From the NCBI RefSeq assembly GCF_963921235.1, contig NC_086108.1:81284001-81348000 (forward strand): a DNA stretch of 64,000 nt, written 5' to 3'. This document shows, in pieces, positions 25,202 through 37,049 of this stretch (the stretch's first letter is position 1; the number at the start of each line of letters is the position of its first letter). The notes under the pieces are model-generated. The model saw only the letters and a program-made list of their open reading frames with translations. It was not told the DNA's origin and ran no database searches. The stretch is from Mobula hypostoma. Lineage: Eukaryota. The position numbers and the translations under genes are program-made.

Positions 25202-25868
25202 CACACGAGGAAACCTGCAGACACTGGAATTTCAAGCAACACACATAAAAATTGCTGGTGAATGCAGCAGGCCAGGCAGCATCTATAGGAAGAGGTACAG
25301 TCGACGTTTCAGGCCGAGACACTTGGTTAGGACTAACTGAAAGAAGAGATAGTAAGAGATTTGAAAGTGGGGGTGTGAGGGGGAGATCTGAAACGATAGG
25401 AGAAGACAGGAGGGGGAGGGATGGAGCCAAGAGTTGGAAAGTTGATTGGCTAAAGGGGTATGAGAGGATCATGGGATGGATGGGAAGACTACGGAGAAAG
25501 AAAGGGGGAGGGGGGAAGCCCAGAGGATGAGCAAGGCTGTTTTTCTCCCTCTGTCCCTCTCACTAAACTCCTTGCCCATCCTCTGGGCTTCCCCCACCCC
25601 CTTTCTCCCTAGGCTTCTCTTCCATCCCATGATCCTTTCATATCCCTTTTGCCAATCAACTTTCCAGCTCTTGGCTCCATCCCTTCCCCCTCCTGTCTTC
25701 TCCTATCATTTTGGATCACTCCCTCCCCCTCCCACTTTCAAATCTCTTACTATCTCTTCTTTCAGTTAGTCCTGATGAAGGGTCTCGGCCCGAAACGTCG
25801 ACTGTACCTCTTCCTATAGATGCTGCCTGGCCTGCTACGTTCACCAGCAATTTTTATGTGTGTTGCTT
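25202..25868. mobile_element. Penelope-like element termini arranged as a ~300-bp inverted repeat
   Basis: Arm 25234-25536 is the reverse complement of 25570-25868 with scattered mismatches and a 33-nt spacer. Flanked by gcttatacctgct (25189-25201) and gcttacacctgct (25865-25877). Confidence 0.9.
25767..25804 (+). ncRNA. Minimal type I hammerhead ribozyme, PLE-associated
   Basis: UAGUC-CUGAUGA-A-GGGU CUCG GCCC-GAAA-CGUC^-GACUG: full core, stem II, palindromic ACGU stem III, stem I UAGUC/GACUG. Predicted cleavage after C25799. Confidence 0.8.
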
Positions 25869-26094
25869 ACACCTGCTGCTATTTTCTTGTGTTTTGTGCA
25901 CTTGATTATATTTTGAACCTCAGTGAACTATTTTAGGATGCCCTCAGCATATAAATTGCTTAGATATACACAATGAAATCACTTTGGCATAAATGTTACC
26001 ACACACTTCAGGGTTTAGAATTGATGCTGCTCAAGTTTAATTGAAGAGTGTACCTGATATCAACTTTAGTCTTCAAGATTTTTTAGAGGATTTT

Positions 26095-26378
26095 CAGATT
26101 AGCTTTATTTGTACAATCAAAGCATGCAGTGAAATGTATTGTTTGCATCAACCACCGACAGTCTAAGGATCGTGCTGGAGCCACCACAAGTGTTAGCGTG
26201 CTTCTGGTGCCCACACCATACGAACCCTAACCCTTGGTTGGAGGAAACCAGAGCACCTGGAGGAAATCCACGGTGTCACAAAGTGAATGTACAAACTCCT
26301 TACAGGCAGCTGTGGGAATTGAACCCTGATCTTACAGCTGTCACTGTAAAGTTTAACACTAACCACTCAGAACCCTGA
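26095..26378 (-). mobile_element. tRNA-derived SINE (V-SINE-like) remnant
   Basis: ggaggaaaccagagcacctggaggaaatccac...tacaaactcc...gggaattgaaccc; the reverse complement carries a B-box-like GGTTCAATTCC. Confidence 0.7.
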
Positions 26379-27169
26379 AAGGGCAACCTGAGTGGTTCAC
26401 TGATCCAAACACAGGCTTAATTCTAATATTACAATGAAGGCAGTACTTCTCCATCCGGCCATCTTTCTGAAACAGGCAACTGTGTTAATGTCGCCTCTTT
26501 ACTCCATGTCATGAAGGGAGCAATAATTAAAGAGGTGTTTTAACCTCCTTTGATTGCTGTTTTAGACTCACGTGTCGAGACGGATGCAGCTATTTTGGAC
26601 ACAGTTTTGCTGTTAAGCACTTTAGAAGGGGCTATTGATGTAAAGGCGTCACTGTAACTTCTTGTTTACTGTTGCTGAAAATGGACAGGTTTCTGGTTGC
26701 ACTTCCAATGCTTGCAGATGAAAATCAAAGCTACAAGAAAAGGGTGAAGGGGTAGGCCAAATGCGTCAGTAGTCTTTCGTCATGAAGATGTTCAGAGACT
26801 GATTACCCACGCACCTTAACCTCTACAGACAGCTAGGCCGCTGTGTTTCAACAGGAAGCTGTTACACCTAGAACCAGCACCAGAGACAGGGATTGTAATA
26901 CTAGGGGACATCTTTACATCACCCATGCTTTATAAAATCACATCAGCTACAGAAAGGCTATCGTCTTCTAAATAACTCATGAAGCAAGTTACAATCACAC
27001 GTTTAAACACTTTTTAATTTACCTGTTTGGACTGATTTGTTGGTCCATCAGTCCAATGGGTTAACAGATCTACACGACTTACAGAGGTTCCTCTGATCTA
27101 TCCCTTTTCTCATCCCAAACATCAATTGCCCCACCTTCTATTTTGTCTCTGTTCTGATAGGATCAGAGA

Positions 27170-27780
27170 ATCATGTATTGGGGACCATTCAGCCCATTCA
27201 TTCAACACAAGCTTTTAGTAGAGGAATCCTGTAAGACCTATTCCTCTACTGTTTTCCCTGTACTATATTTCTTTTCAAGGGCCTATCTAGTTTCCTTGTG
27301 ATGGTGTTTATTGATTCACTTCCACCATCTCTACAGGCAATGGATTCTACATTGTAAGTATTCCTATGATAACATTTTTACTAACATCTCCTCTGTGAAT
27401 TTTACCTGAAGGTTTAAATCTGTGGCATCTGATTCTTAGATCATACACTCCTGGGAGAAGCTTCCTTCAGTTGACTCAATCTAAACTATTCGTGACCTTG
27501 TACACCTATCTCCTATCTCCCTTCAACTTCTGCTCAACAAGACACCAATCAGAACTTCTCGGATCTAATCTAATACCTGAAATACCATAGGCTCAGATTC
27601 ATACAAATAAATCATTTTCCCACTCCTTCCAGATCATCATATTCTTCCTGGTGATTCTTCCTAGAACAGGAAACACAATTCCAGCTTCAGCCAAACTAGT
27701 GTCCCATATGTTCTTGCGTCAATAACACTATGAAGTACAGTAAAATAAATAATTTTACCAAAGCAAAATCTTGCACTTCT
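27170..27780 (-). mobile_element. Highly degenerate CR1 3' fragment
   Basis: gaccattcagccc, ttccaccatctctacaggcaatggattc, gaccttgtacacctatc. Confidence 0.6.
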
Positions 27781-28104
27781 TTTCTCCTATTCTTCTGGTC
27801 CCTTAGCAAATTTTTCTTTTTCTTAATCAGTCTCTCAGGATTGAGGGTGACTAGCTTCCACTCTAGTTTTGTGTGTACTGAGGGGACCAAGGAGCTAAAT
27901 GTGAGAAGTATAAATCTTACCACAGTTTAATAGATTAGTAGATCTTCTACAAATTACCTCTTGTCTTTGTTAATCTACTGATCCAGCAAGGTGATCCCCC
28001 CACTGCTCACTGCTTGCCAGGTATAAAAGTGCTTAACATCCAAATAGGACCTATGTCAGATGGCAGAGTTGAGTTAGACAGAGGACCTTTGATTAAGGAG
28101 ACAC

Positions 28105-28232
28105 TAAACACTGCAGATGCTGGAATCATGAGCAAGGAAACGAACTGCTTGAGGAACTCAATAGATCAGGCAGAATCGGTGGAGGAAAATGGACCATCAA
28201 CATTTCAGGTCGAGGTCCTTCACCTGGACTCA
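28105..28232 (-). mobile_element. Solo PLE terminal fragment with decayed hammerhead
   Basis: ctgcagatgctggaatc...ctgcttgaggaactca...catttcaggtcgaggtccttcacctggact. Confidence 0.7.
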
Positions 28233-28359
28233 GGTTGACCAATATTGGTTTTGTCAGGAGCAGCCAACCCAACATGCATGAAAGTTGAATGAGAGGTTGG
28301 CATAATCTGCGCCGTTGAGCCACTGCAACCCTCAACAGGTCTGAGTCTTGGAGTACTGG

Positions 28360-28900
28360 ACATGAAAATAAGAGACAAATGTGCCAAGAGCTCTGGAAAG
28401 CCCTATCGATTATCTTCTACAGATTTTACAAGCCTGGCCCCTGAAATCGAGCTAAAAGCAAAGTTCTTACAGGCATTGTCAGTGGTTCCAGAGCTGTAAG
28501 GTCCTCCTGTGCTCTCTCTGTCGTGACTCTGTGTTCTCAAATAAATGTATAAACATAGCACACAAGTCAGAGCCATTGTGTACATTCTTTCTGGAAGGCT
28601 GCCTGAGGAATTAGGAGTGTCCCTATGGATTGCATTTGGTCTTCTTCCACTCAGTGGGCACACGATGCCTCCACTGGGGCTGGCGTTAAGCTCAGCCTCG
28701 GGCGCAAGCTTGCTCCCACCCATTTCCTAGGCTATGCTGTTCTGCAGCTCGTTGGACAAAGAGGCACTGCAGTTCTTCCAGGCATATCCTAGCAACTGAG
28801 GTGGTGCCTGCAAGTAGCAAGCTCAAACATAGGCTCATTTCAATGATCTGCTGCCTTCTTGTTCCCCTTTTCCTGATAAGTGCGTGTGCACCTGCTGAAA
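28360..28900 (+). mobile_element. Possible highly degenerate RTE-clade LINE remnant
   Basis: IRDKC...KP....DFT weakly echoes the RTE motif QEKC.E...P....D.TKAFD. Confidence 0.3.
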
Positions 28901-30619
28901 GGGGGCACAAGTTAGAGAAGCAGATGAATACATGATCTAACTCTCACCATCTTTCTACCTTACAGTAGTACATGATATACTTTAACCTTTTGCTGGCCTA
29001 AATGCATACCTGATGGAATTCAGCAGACAGGTACTGGACCCCCATGTCCTCACTGGTGTCATGTGATAACAACAAATGAGAAGGGTCCACAGTTGCCCCA
29101 TTCCCCCCTTCCCATGAAAAAATCCTTTTTCAGAATCATCATAGTATCTCTTCCTTGTTAAGGCCAGTGGCTTGAATGGGGTAGTTAATTATTTTGGTGG
29201 CATGGAAGACAACTATTATAAGTGGTTTATCGTTTATGTATAACCAGCACCTACAAGGATAATGAGAACACCCTTGCACTTCTTCTCAGTGACTCACCAA
29301 AATTCACTGGAAGTTGACATGTTGGTGCTGCAAACAAGTAACAAGGCAAACCAATGTTATGTTTCTATCTCTTTATGTTGCATGTCCCATTAGAATCCAA
29401 TTTTCTTTCTTGTTTTTGAACACTAATGCCTCGTATAACCTGCCATTTTAAGCAGTATTACACCTGTACTGTAAGACAAGAATGAAAATCAAACACATGC
29501 AGATGTTGGAAGCTGAAGTAGATACTGAAAGTGCTGGAAATATTCAGCAGGTGAAGCAGCATTGCTAGAACGACAGAGTTAACGTTTCAGGTCTGAGTCT
29601 GCCATTGAAAGTTTGGCTGTTGCAATAAAATGGTGGCTTTGCCTGTTATTTATTCTATATTATACTTGCAGTCAGGATATGATGTTAAATGATGACCAAA
29701 CCGTGGAGGCTCATTGTCTGAAATTTGATTCCTGTTTAATATATGTGCAGCAAGCATTTAGATAATTAACTCTCAGAGTTTTAAAAAAATAACAAGAAGG
29801 GCCCTGAGGTTTGCACCTGATTTAACTGATTGATAGTCTCTGTGGTTTTATAGGCAAAAGGTGAACTGTATTGAAATTGACCCTAGCATTGCAAATCTTT
29901 ATTCATGATTTTTACATCTTCATTGTTTATTAAAATAAAGTGTTTCTTGCCGGTTCATAATCTATAGTTTACAGGGACTTTGCAGTTTTAATTGTTGACT
30001 GATGGTAATTTTGCCAAGTGGTTGAAGTAAACCTGAGTCAGAAGCTGAAACTGGGAATGATTAGTTGGCTTAAAAAAATCACTCTTGTTGTATGCTTATA
30101 TTAAATTTTCTCAAATGCAGGAGAAAGCAGTTCCTTTTATATTATTTTACTCTGTCTATAAATAGTATCCTATACTGTTCTTTTTTTCCTTCAGTGGCTG
30201 ATTTTTTTTTGGTTTTGCTTGTAACAAACTCCATGAGAAAGGCCAAGTGTACGGCTTTTTATTTCCAGCTGGATTGCTCCTCTTTTTAATATTGTTTTTT
30301 TGCCGGCTCTCTGGCTTTCAATTTGTATACAGTACACTTTTTGTATGATTGTGCAAAGTTAAATACACCCGTTTCATCCATTTTTGGCCCGCTTCAAAGG
30401 TGCACTTTATTTTGCTGCTATAATGACTATTTTATTGTCCTGATATTCAGAACTATACTTCAGCCCAGAGAACTTTTACATTTCCCCTTAAGGCCCCTCA
30501 GCAATTCCCAGACTCACCATAATCCAGTTACCTTCTGATCAGAAACATGGGTGAATGTTGGCAGTTTTCTTGGCAAGTGTGTTGAGAGCTCTGAGAAGCC
30601 TCGGAACAAAGTGGGTGGA

Positions 30620-30960
30620 CGATGGTTTCACTGAAACCTACTGAATATTGAAAAGCCCGGAGAGAGTGGACATGGAGAGGATGTTCCTAATAGTGGTAGA
30701 GACTAGGACTGGAGGACACTGCCTCAGAATAGAAGGACCTCTCTTTAGAGCAGAGGTGAGGAGAATTTCTTTGGCTAGAGATGGCGAATCTGTTGAATAA
30801 CATGCTGCAGATTTCATGCTGCAAAAGTCAAGTCACTGGGTATGTTTAAAGTGGATGTTGATTGGTTCTTGATGAGTAAGGGTATTGACGTTTATGGGGA
30901 GAAGTCAGGAGAATGGGGTTGAGATGAAAAATAATCTCCTTTGGCTGAATGGCAGAGCAA
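30620..30960 (+). mobile_element. CR1 3' fragment
   Basis: agagtggacatggagaggatgttcc, gcctcagaatagaagg, ggagaatggggttgag. Confidence 0.8.
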
Positions 30961-30984
30961 CCTTGGGCTGCTTCAACTGGCCAA

Positions 30985-33600
30985 ATTGCAGATGAGCTTA
31001 GGGTATGGATCAACACCCGCAATTACGACATTGTAGCCTGTACTGCGCTGTACTGTTCTATGTTCTATGTTCTAGTCAGGGAAAATATCACACCAGTGCT
31101 CAATCAGGACAGGCTGGAGAACTCGACCAGTGAGGCGTTATGGGTGGAACTAAGGAATAAGAAAGGTATGACCATGTTAATGAGTCTATATTATGGACAA
31201 CCCAACAGTCCTGAGGATTTAGAACAAATTTGTAAAGAGATCGCAGACTGTTGCAAAAGAAACATAAGGTTGTTATAGTAGGTGATTTTAACTTTCCACA
31301 TATTGACTGGGGATCCCATACTGTAAAAGGACTAAATGGGATAGAGTTCGTCAAATGCATTCAGGAACATTTCCTTCATCAGTACATAGAAGTCCTAATG
31401 AGAGAGCATGCAATACTGGGTCTGTTATTAAAGAATGAGACAGAGCAGATGACAGAAGTTTGTGTAGGGGAACATTTTGCATACAGTGCCATAGTGCCAT
31501 TAGTTTCAAAGTAATTATGCAAAGAGATAGGTCTGGTCTGCGGGTTGAGATTCTAAATTGGAGAAAGGCCAATTTTGATGGTATCAGAAAAGATCTGCAA
31601 GTGTGGATTTGGGTGGGCTGTTTTCTGGCAAAGTTGAACTTGGAAAGTGTGAGGCATTCAAAGTTGAAATTTTGAGAGCACAAAGTTTGTATGTGCTTGT
31701 CAGAATAGAAAGTAAATATAACAAGTGTAGGGACCATGGTTTTCAAGAGATACTGAGGCCCTGGTTAAGAGAAAAAAAGGAGGTGCATAGCAGGTATAGG
31801 CAAGTAGAAACAAATGAAGTGTTTATGGAGTAAAAGAAATGCAAGAGAACACTGAAGAAATAAATCAGGAAGACTAACAGAAGGCACGAAGTTGCTCTAA
31901 CACACAAGGTGAAGGAGGATCCTAAGGGATTCTACAAATATGTTAAAAGCAAAAGATTTCTGGGACAAAATTAGTCCTCTGGAAGACCAGAATGGTAATC
32001 CATGTATGGAGCCAAAAAAGTTAGGGAGATCTTAAATGAATTCTTTGCATCTGTATTTACTCAAGAAAAAGATACAGACAACATAGAAGTGAGGCAAAAT
32101 TAAATGAATTTCATGGTCCCTATACAGATTACAGAGTTGTAGGTGCTTGCTGTCCTGAGGCAAATCAGGATGGATAAATCCCCAGGACCTGACAAGGTGT
32201 TTCCCCAGACCTTATGGGAGGCAAGTGCAGGAAGTACTGGGGCCCAAGCAAAGATATTTAAATCATCCTAAATGTCTGGAGAGGTACCAGAGAATTGGAG
32301 GATAGCCAATGTTGTTCCGCTGTTTAAAAAAGGATCCAAACAGGCACCAGGAAGTTATAGGCTGGTGAGTTTGACATCAGTTGTAGGAAAGTTATTGGAA
32401 GGTACTCTGATTAAGGATAGTCAGAGTGGCTTGATGTGTGATAGGTTATTTCTAACCAATTCTACAGAATTTTCCAAGAAAGTTACCAGGAAAGTGGATG
32501 AAGGCAAGACAGTGAATGTTGTTTACATGGACTTTAATAAGGCATTTGATAAGGTCCCGTATTGGAGGTTGGTTAAGAAGGTTCAGTCGCTCAGCATTTA
32601 GGATGAGGCAGTAAATTGGATTGGACATTGGTTTTGTGGGAAAAGCCAGAGAAGTGGTGGCAGAAGGTTGCCTCTCTTAATGGAGACAGACCTGTGATGC
32701 ATGCCACAGGGATCGATGTAGGGACCTTTGTTATTTGACGTCTATATCAATGATCTGGATCAGCAAATTTGCAAATGACACCAAGGCTGGGGGTCTAGTG
32801 GACAGTAAGGAAAGCTATCATGGCTTGCAGAAAGATCTGAATCAGCTAGAAAAATGGCAGATGAAATTTAACGCAGACAAGTGCAAATTCTGCACTTCAG
32901 TAGGACCAACCAGGGTAGGTCTTACATTGTGAATGGTAGGGCACTGAGAAATGCGGAAGAACAAAGGGATCTGGGAATATAGGTCCATAATTCATTGAAA
33001 GTGCCATCACAGGTAGATAGGATTGTAAAGAAAGCTTTTGGCAAAATTAGCCTTTATAAATCAATGTATTGTGTACAGAAGATGGGATGTTATGTTGAAG
33101 TTGCAAAAGACATTGGTGAGGCCTATCATGTGCAAATTTGGTCACCTACCTATAGGAAAAATGTAAACAAGGTTGAAAGAGTGTAGAGATCAGTTACAAG
33201 GATGATGCCTGAGATATAAGGAAAAAATGAATAGGTTAGGGTGTATTCTCTAGAACATAGAAGATTGAAGAGGTGATTTGATAGAAGTATACAAAATTGT
33301 AAGGGGTATAGATAGTGTAAATGCAAGCAGACTTTTTCTGCTGAAGTTGGATGGGACTACAACCAGAGGTCATGGCTTAAGGGTGAAAGAGGAACATGAG
33401 GGGAAACTTCTTCACTCAGAGGGCCGTGAGAGTGTGGAATGAGCTGGCAGCACATATGGTCCATTTCAACATTTAAGAGAAATTTGGATAGGTACATGTA
33501 TAGTAGGGATATGGAGGGCTATGGTCCCAGTGCAGATTAATGGGAGTAAGCATGGACTAGATGGGCCAAAGGGCCTGTTTCTGTGCTTACTTTTCCATGA
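30985..33600 (+). mobile_element. Long CR1 ORF2 pseudogene (AP endonuclease plus RT) with 3' UTR
   Basis: EALWVELRN, VIVGDFNFPHIDW, VPENWRIANVVPLFKKG, YMDFNKAFDKVP, SKFANDTK; multiple stops and frameshifts. Confidence 0.93.
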
Positions 33601-34151
33601 CTTTTCCAGGCTTAATTCTGCTCCCATGTGTCATAGTGTTGTGGACTTTTGACGATTGGGTTTTGGAGAAACTGGTCGGACAATTCAATCCATGACTTCA
33701 AAAAGGAGCTACGACTGATCATGCATCATGGACATCAATGGGAAAACATAAGAGGAGAAGATACTGAAGGTATTGAACATCATCCAACATTATCTAGAGC
33801 ATGATTCTGCTCATACTGATGCACTTTGTCACCTCTGCCAATTCAAACATGGAACGTGGGCAATAGATATCTTCAAGACAAACATTTGAAGCAGCTGCTG
33901 ATAATAAGGTTCATTTCCCAGTGCAAAATACAGTGTCTTATAAAATTATTTAGCCCCCAGCCCTTTGTTCACGTAAATGAGTATTACAGCCAGGGATTTT
34001 GATCAATTTAACTGAGATTTTTTATTTGTGAATCACGTTCTCTTTTTTTCCACAGCAGAGCTCAAAAATACAGAAAAATTGTAAGGAATGAGAAAACTAA
34101 AAATTCAAAAACTGAAATGTCAGTATTTCAAATGTATACATCCACCATTGC

Positions 34152-35094
34152 TCAGTACTTAGTTGAATCACCTCTTTCAGCTTTTACAGCCAGTAGCATT
34201 TTTGGATGAGCCTTCATTAGCCTTTGGACAAGATTTGCCCATTCATCCTTGTATAATTGCGCAAGCAGTGCCAGTTTATTTGGGGAGCAGCAGTAAACAG
34301 CAGTTGTGAGATCTTGCCAGAGATCTTCGATTGGGTTAAAGTCAGGATGCTGACCGGGCCACTCAAGAACGTCAGTTGTCTTCATCTGAAGCCACTCCAT
34401 GGCTGCTCTGGCAGTGTGCTTTGAGTTGTTGTACCACTGAAAGATGAACTTCCTCCCCAGTCTAAGCTTTCTGACAGAGGCTAGAAGGTTTTTATCCAGG
34501 ATCTCTCTGTGTTTAACAGCGTTCATCTTTTCATCAATCCTCTCCAGACTTCCAGTCCCTGCTACTTAAAAGCATACCCTTACCATGATGCTACCTCCAC
34601 CATACTTAGCGAATGTACGGTATTAGATTTACATTACACCACGTTTGAGGCCAAGAAGTTCCACTTTAATCTCATCTGACCACAAGACTTTCTTCCGCAT
34701 CTTCACAGTGTCTTCTAAGTAATGTTTTGCAAAGTCTTGACAGGCAAGGATATGCTTTTTTTCCTAGCCAGGGCTTCTTCCTTGCCACACTTCCATAAAT
34801 ACCCTTTATGTGCAAGGCTTTCAAGTTTGTGGAGCCGTGAACTTCATCTCCAGTTGCAGCCATTGACTTCTGCAGCTCACTCAGAGTGACTGTTGGCATC
34901 GCAGTAGCCTCTCTGACAAGTGGCAGGAACAAAGTTTAGAGGAGGGGTCTGACCTTTTTTATATTTTTTCCACTTTTTCACAATGGACTGCACTGAGCTC
35001 AGTTCAGTACCTTTGAGTTGGTCATCTACCCTTCCCCAGATTTGTGCTCTCTATTATCATTTCTCTGACTTGCCTTGAATGCTCTTGTTTTCAT
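34152..35094 (-). pseudogene. Tc1 transposase pseudogene
   Basis: ORFs 34672-34932 and 34152-34526. The second catalytic D motif (QQDND) reads QWYNN; frameshifts present. Confidence 0.85.
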
Positions 35095-35126
35095 TTTGGT
35101 TTGGTCTGTTGAAAATCTATCATATT

Positions 35127-36350
35127 GTCAAGTCAAGTCACTTTTTATTGTCATTTCGACCATAACTGCTGGTACAGTACACAGTAAAAACAAGACAACG
35201 TTTTTCAGGACCATGGTGCTCCATGGAACAATACGAAAACTACACTGAACTATGTAAAACTACACTAGACTACAGACCTACCCAGGACTGCATAAATTGC
35301 ACAAAACAGTGCAGGCATTACAATAAGTAATAAACAGGACAGTAGGCACAATAGAGGGCGGTATGTTGGTGTCAGTCCAGGCTCTGAGTATTGAGGAGTC
35401 TGACGGCTTGGGGGAAGAAACTGTTACATAGTCTGGCCATGAGAGCCCGAACGTTTCGGTGCCTTTTGCCAGATGGCAAGAGGGAGAAGAGTTTGTATGA
35501 GGTGTGTGTGGGGTCCTTCATAATGCTGTTTGCTTTGCGGATGCAACGTGTGGTGTAGATGTCTGTAATGGCGTGAAAAGAGTCCCCGATGATCTTCTCA
35601 GCTGACCTCACTATCCGCTGCAGGGCCTTGCGATCTGAGATGGTGCAATTTCTGAACCAGGCCGTGATGCAGCTGCTCAGGATGCTCTCAATACAACCTC
35701 TGTAGAATGTGGTGAGGATGGGGTGTGGGAGATGGACTTTTCTCAGCCTTCGCAGAAAGTAGAGACGCTGCTGGGCTTTCTTTGCTATGGAGCTGGTGTC
35801 GAGGGACCAGGTGAGATTCTCCGCCAGGTGGACACCAAGAAATTTGGTGCTCTTAACGATCTCTACGGAGGAGTCGTCGATGTTTAGCGGAGAGTGGTTG
35901 CTCCGTGTCCTCCCGAAGTCAACAACCATCTCTTTTGTTTTGTTCACATTCAGAGACAGGTTGTTGGCTCTGCACCAGTCTGTTAGCCACTGCATCTCCT
36001 CTCTGTATGCGGACTCATCGTTGTTGCTAATGAAACCCACCATGGTCGTGTCATCAGCGATCTTGATGATGTGGTTCGAGCTCTGTGTTGCAGCACAGTC
36101 GTGGGTCAGCAGAGTGAACAGCAGTGGACTGAGCACACAGCCCAGGGGGGCCCCCGTGCTCAGTGTGATGGTGTTGGAGATGCTGCTTCCAATCCGGATT
36201 GACTGAGGTCTCCCAGTCAGGAAGTCTAGGATCCAGATGCAGGGGGAGGTGTTCAGGTCCAGTAGGCTCAGCTTTCCAATCAGTTTCTGAGGAATGATTG
36301 TGTTGAATGCTGAACTGAAGTCTATGAACAGCATTTGAACGTATGGGTCG
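35127..36350 (-). mobile_element. Rex1/Babar LINE, 5'-truncated, relatively young
   Basis: Contains a 320-aa uninterrupted RT frame; 3' tail of gtcaa repeats at 35127-35140; lies inside the Tc1. Confidence 0.92.
35372..36334 (-). pseudogene. Rex1-type reverse transcriptase fragment (RT core and C-terminus)
   Basis: [47 protein letters not shown]. The N-terminus is missing. Confidence 0.9.
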
Positions 36351-36457
36351 TACCTTACAGAGAGAAGGGCTATTTATTCCTATGAATTCATTGAAACAGG
36401 TCATCCTCCAATTTTTTACATCACCATATTGGGTGAGTTGATAAGGTAAAATGTATA

Positions 36458-36590
36458 CAACAGGAATTCTGCAGATGCTGGAAATTCAAGCAACATACAT
36501 CAAAGTTGCTGGTGAACGCAGCAGGCCAGGCAGCATCTATAGGAAGAGGCGCAGTCGACGTTTCAGGCCGAGACCCTTCGTCAGGACTAA
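36458..36590 (-). mobile_element. Solo ~130-bp PLE terminal unit
   Basis: Close match to 25202-25336; flanked by aatgtata at 36450-36457 and 36589-36596. Confidence 0.88.
36552..36589 (-). ncRNA. Minimal type I hammerhead ribozyme, PLE-associated
   Basis: Minus strand reads UAGUC-CUGACGA-A-GGGU CUCG GCCU-GAAA-CGUC^-GACUG. Core intact; G-U pair at the base of stem II. Confidence 0.75.
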
Positions 36591-37049
36591 TGTATATTGC
36601 ATCTGAGAATTACAAAAGGGATGAGTACTTTTTCAGCCTCAGAATTTTGTTTTAAATTTTTAGTAAATTGTTTTGGAACTTTTCTTTTGATTTACAATAA
36701 TGCACATTGCTTTGAGAATTAGCTCAAAAAATCTTACTTCAATGTATTTTAAATTCAGAAAATGAGATAATAAACCGTGAAAGTAGTTGTGGGGCTGAAC
36801 ACTTTTTCAAGGCACTATATCTCAAGAACCCAAATTGCTAGCTACCAGTAAGCAGAATATAGATCCCCTTTGAAAGGTAGAAGGTGTCAAAAAAGTTAAT
36901 TCAAATCAAATCAAAGTCAAATGGGCAAAATATTCTCTCCCTCCTGCAAAATGATCCCAGGGATGAGAACAAGAGTTGACTAAGAATTTAGCAGGTAATA
37001 GTGGAACTGTGTGCAAAAAAGATAGATTACTGATGGTGCTGCTGTGCTG

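Larger units (their letters stand above)
33931..36817 (-). mobile_element. Tc1/mariner DNA transposon, inactivated, with two nested insertions
   Basis: Imperfect TIRs TA|cagtgtcttataaaattatttagcccc and ggggctgaacactttttcaaggcacta|TA. Transposase pieces VARKKPWL and WPGQHPDFNPIEDLW. Confidence 0.9.

Noticed and set aside
25297..25336. Hammerhead in the left arm of the inverted repeat
   Set aside because: The core reads CTAACCAA instead of CTGANGA, so it is predicted inactive. The copies at ~11283, ~28200, ~50209 and ~59860 are likewise mutated.
27027..27056. 10-bp stem ttggactgat / atcagtccaa as a possible miRNA hairpin
   Set aside because: The stem is too short for a pre-miRNA and I recognise no mature miRNA sequence.
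35787..36404. 139-aa and 116-aa ORFs overlapping the Rex1 RT
   Set aside because: Antisense and alternate-frame shadows of the RT coding sequence.
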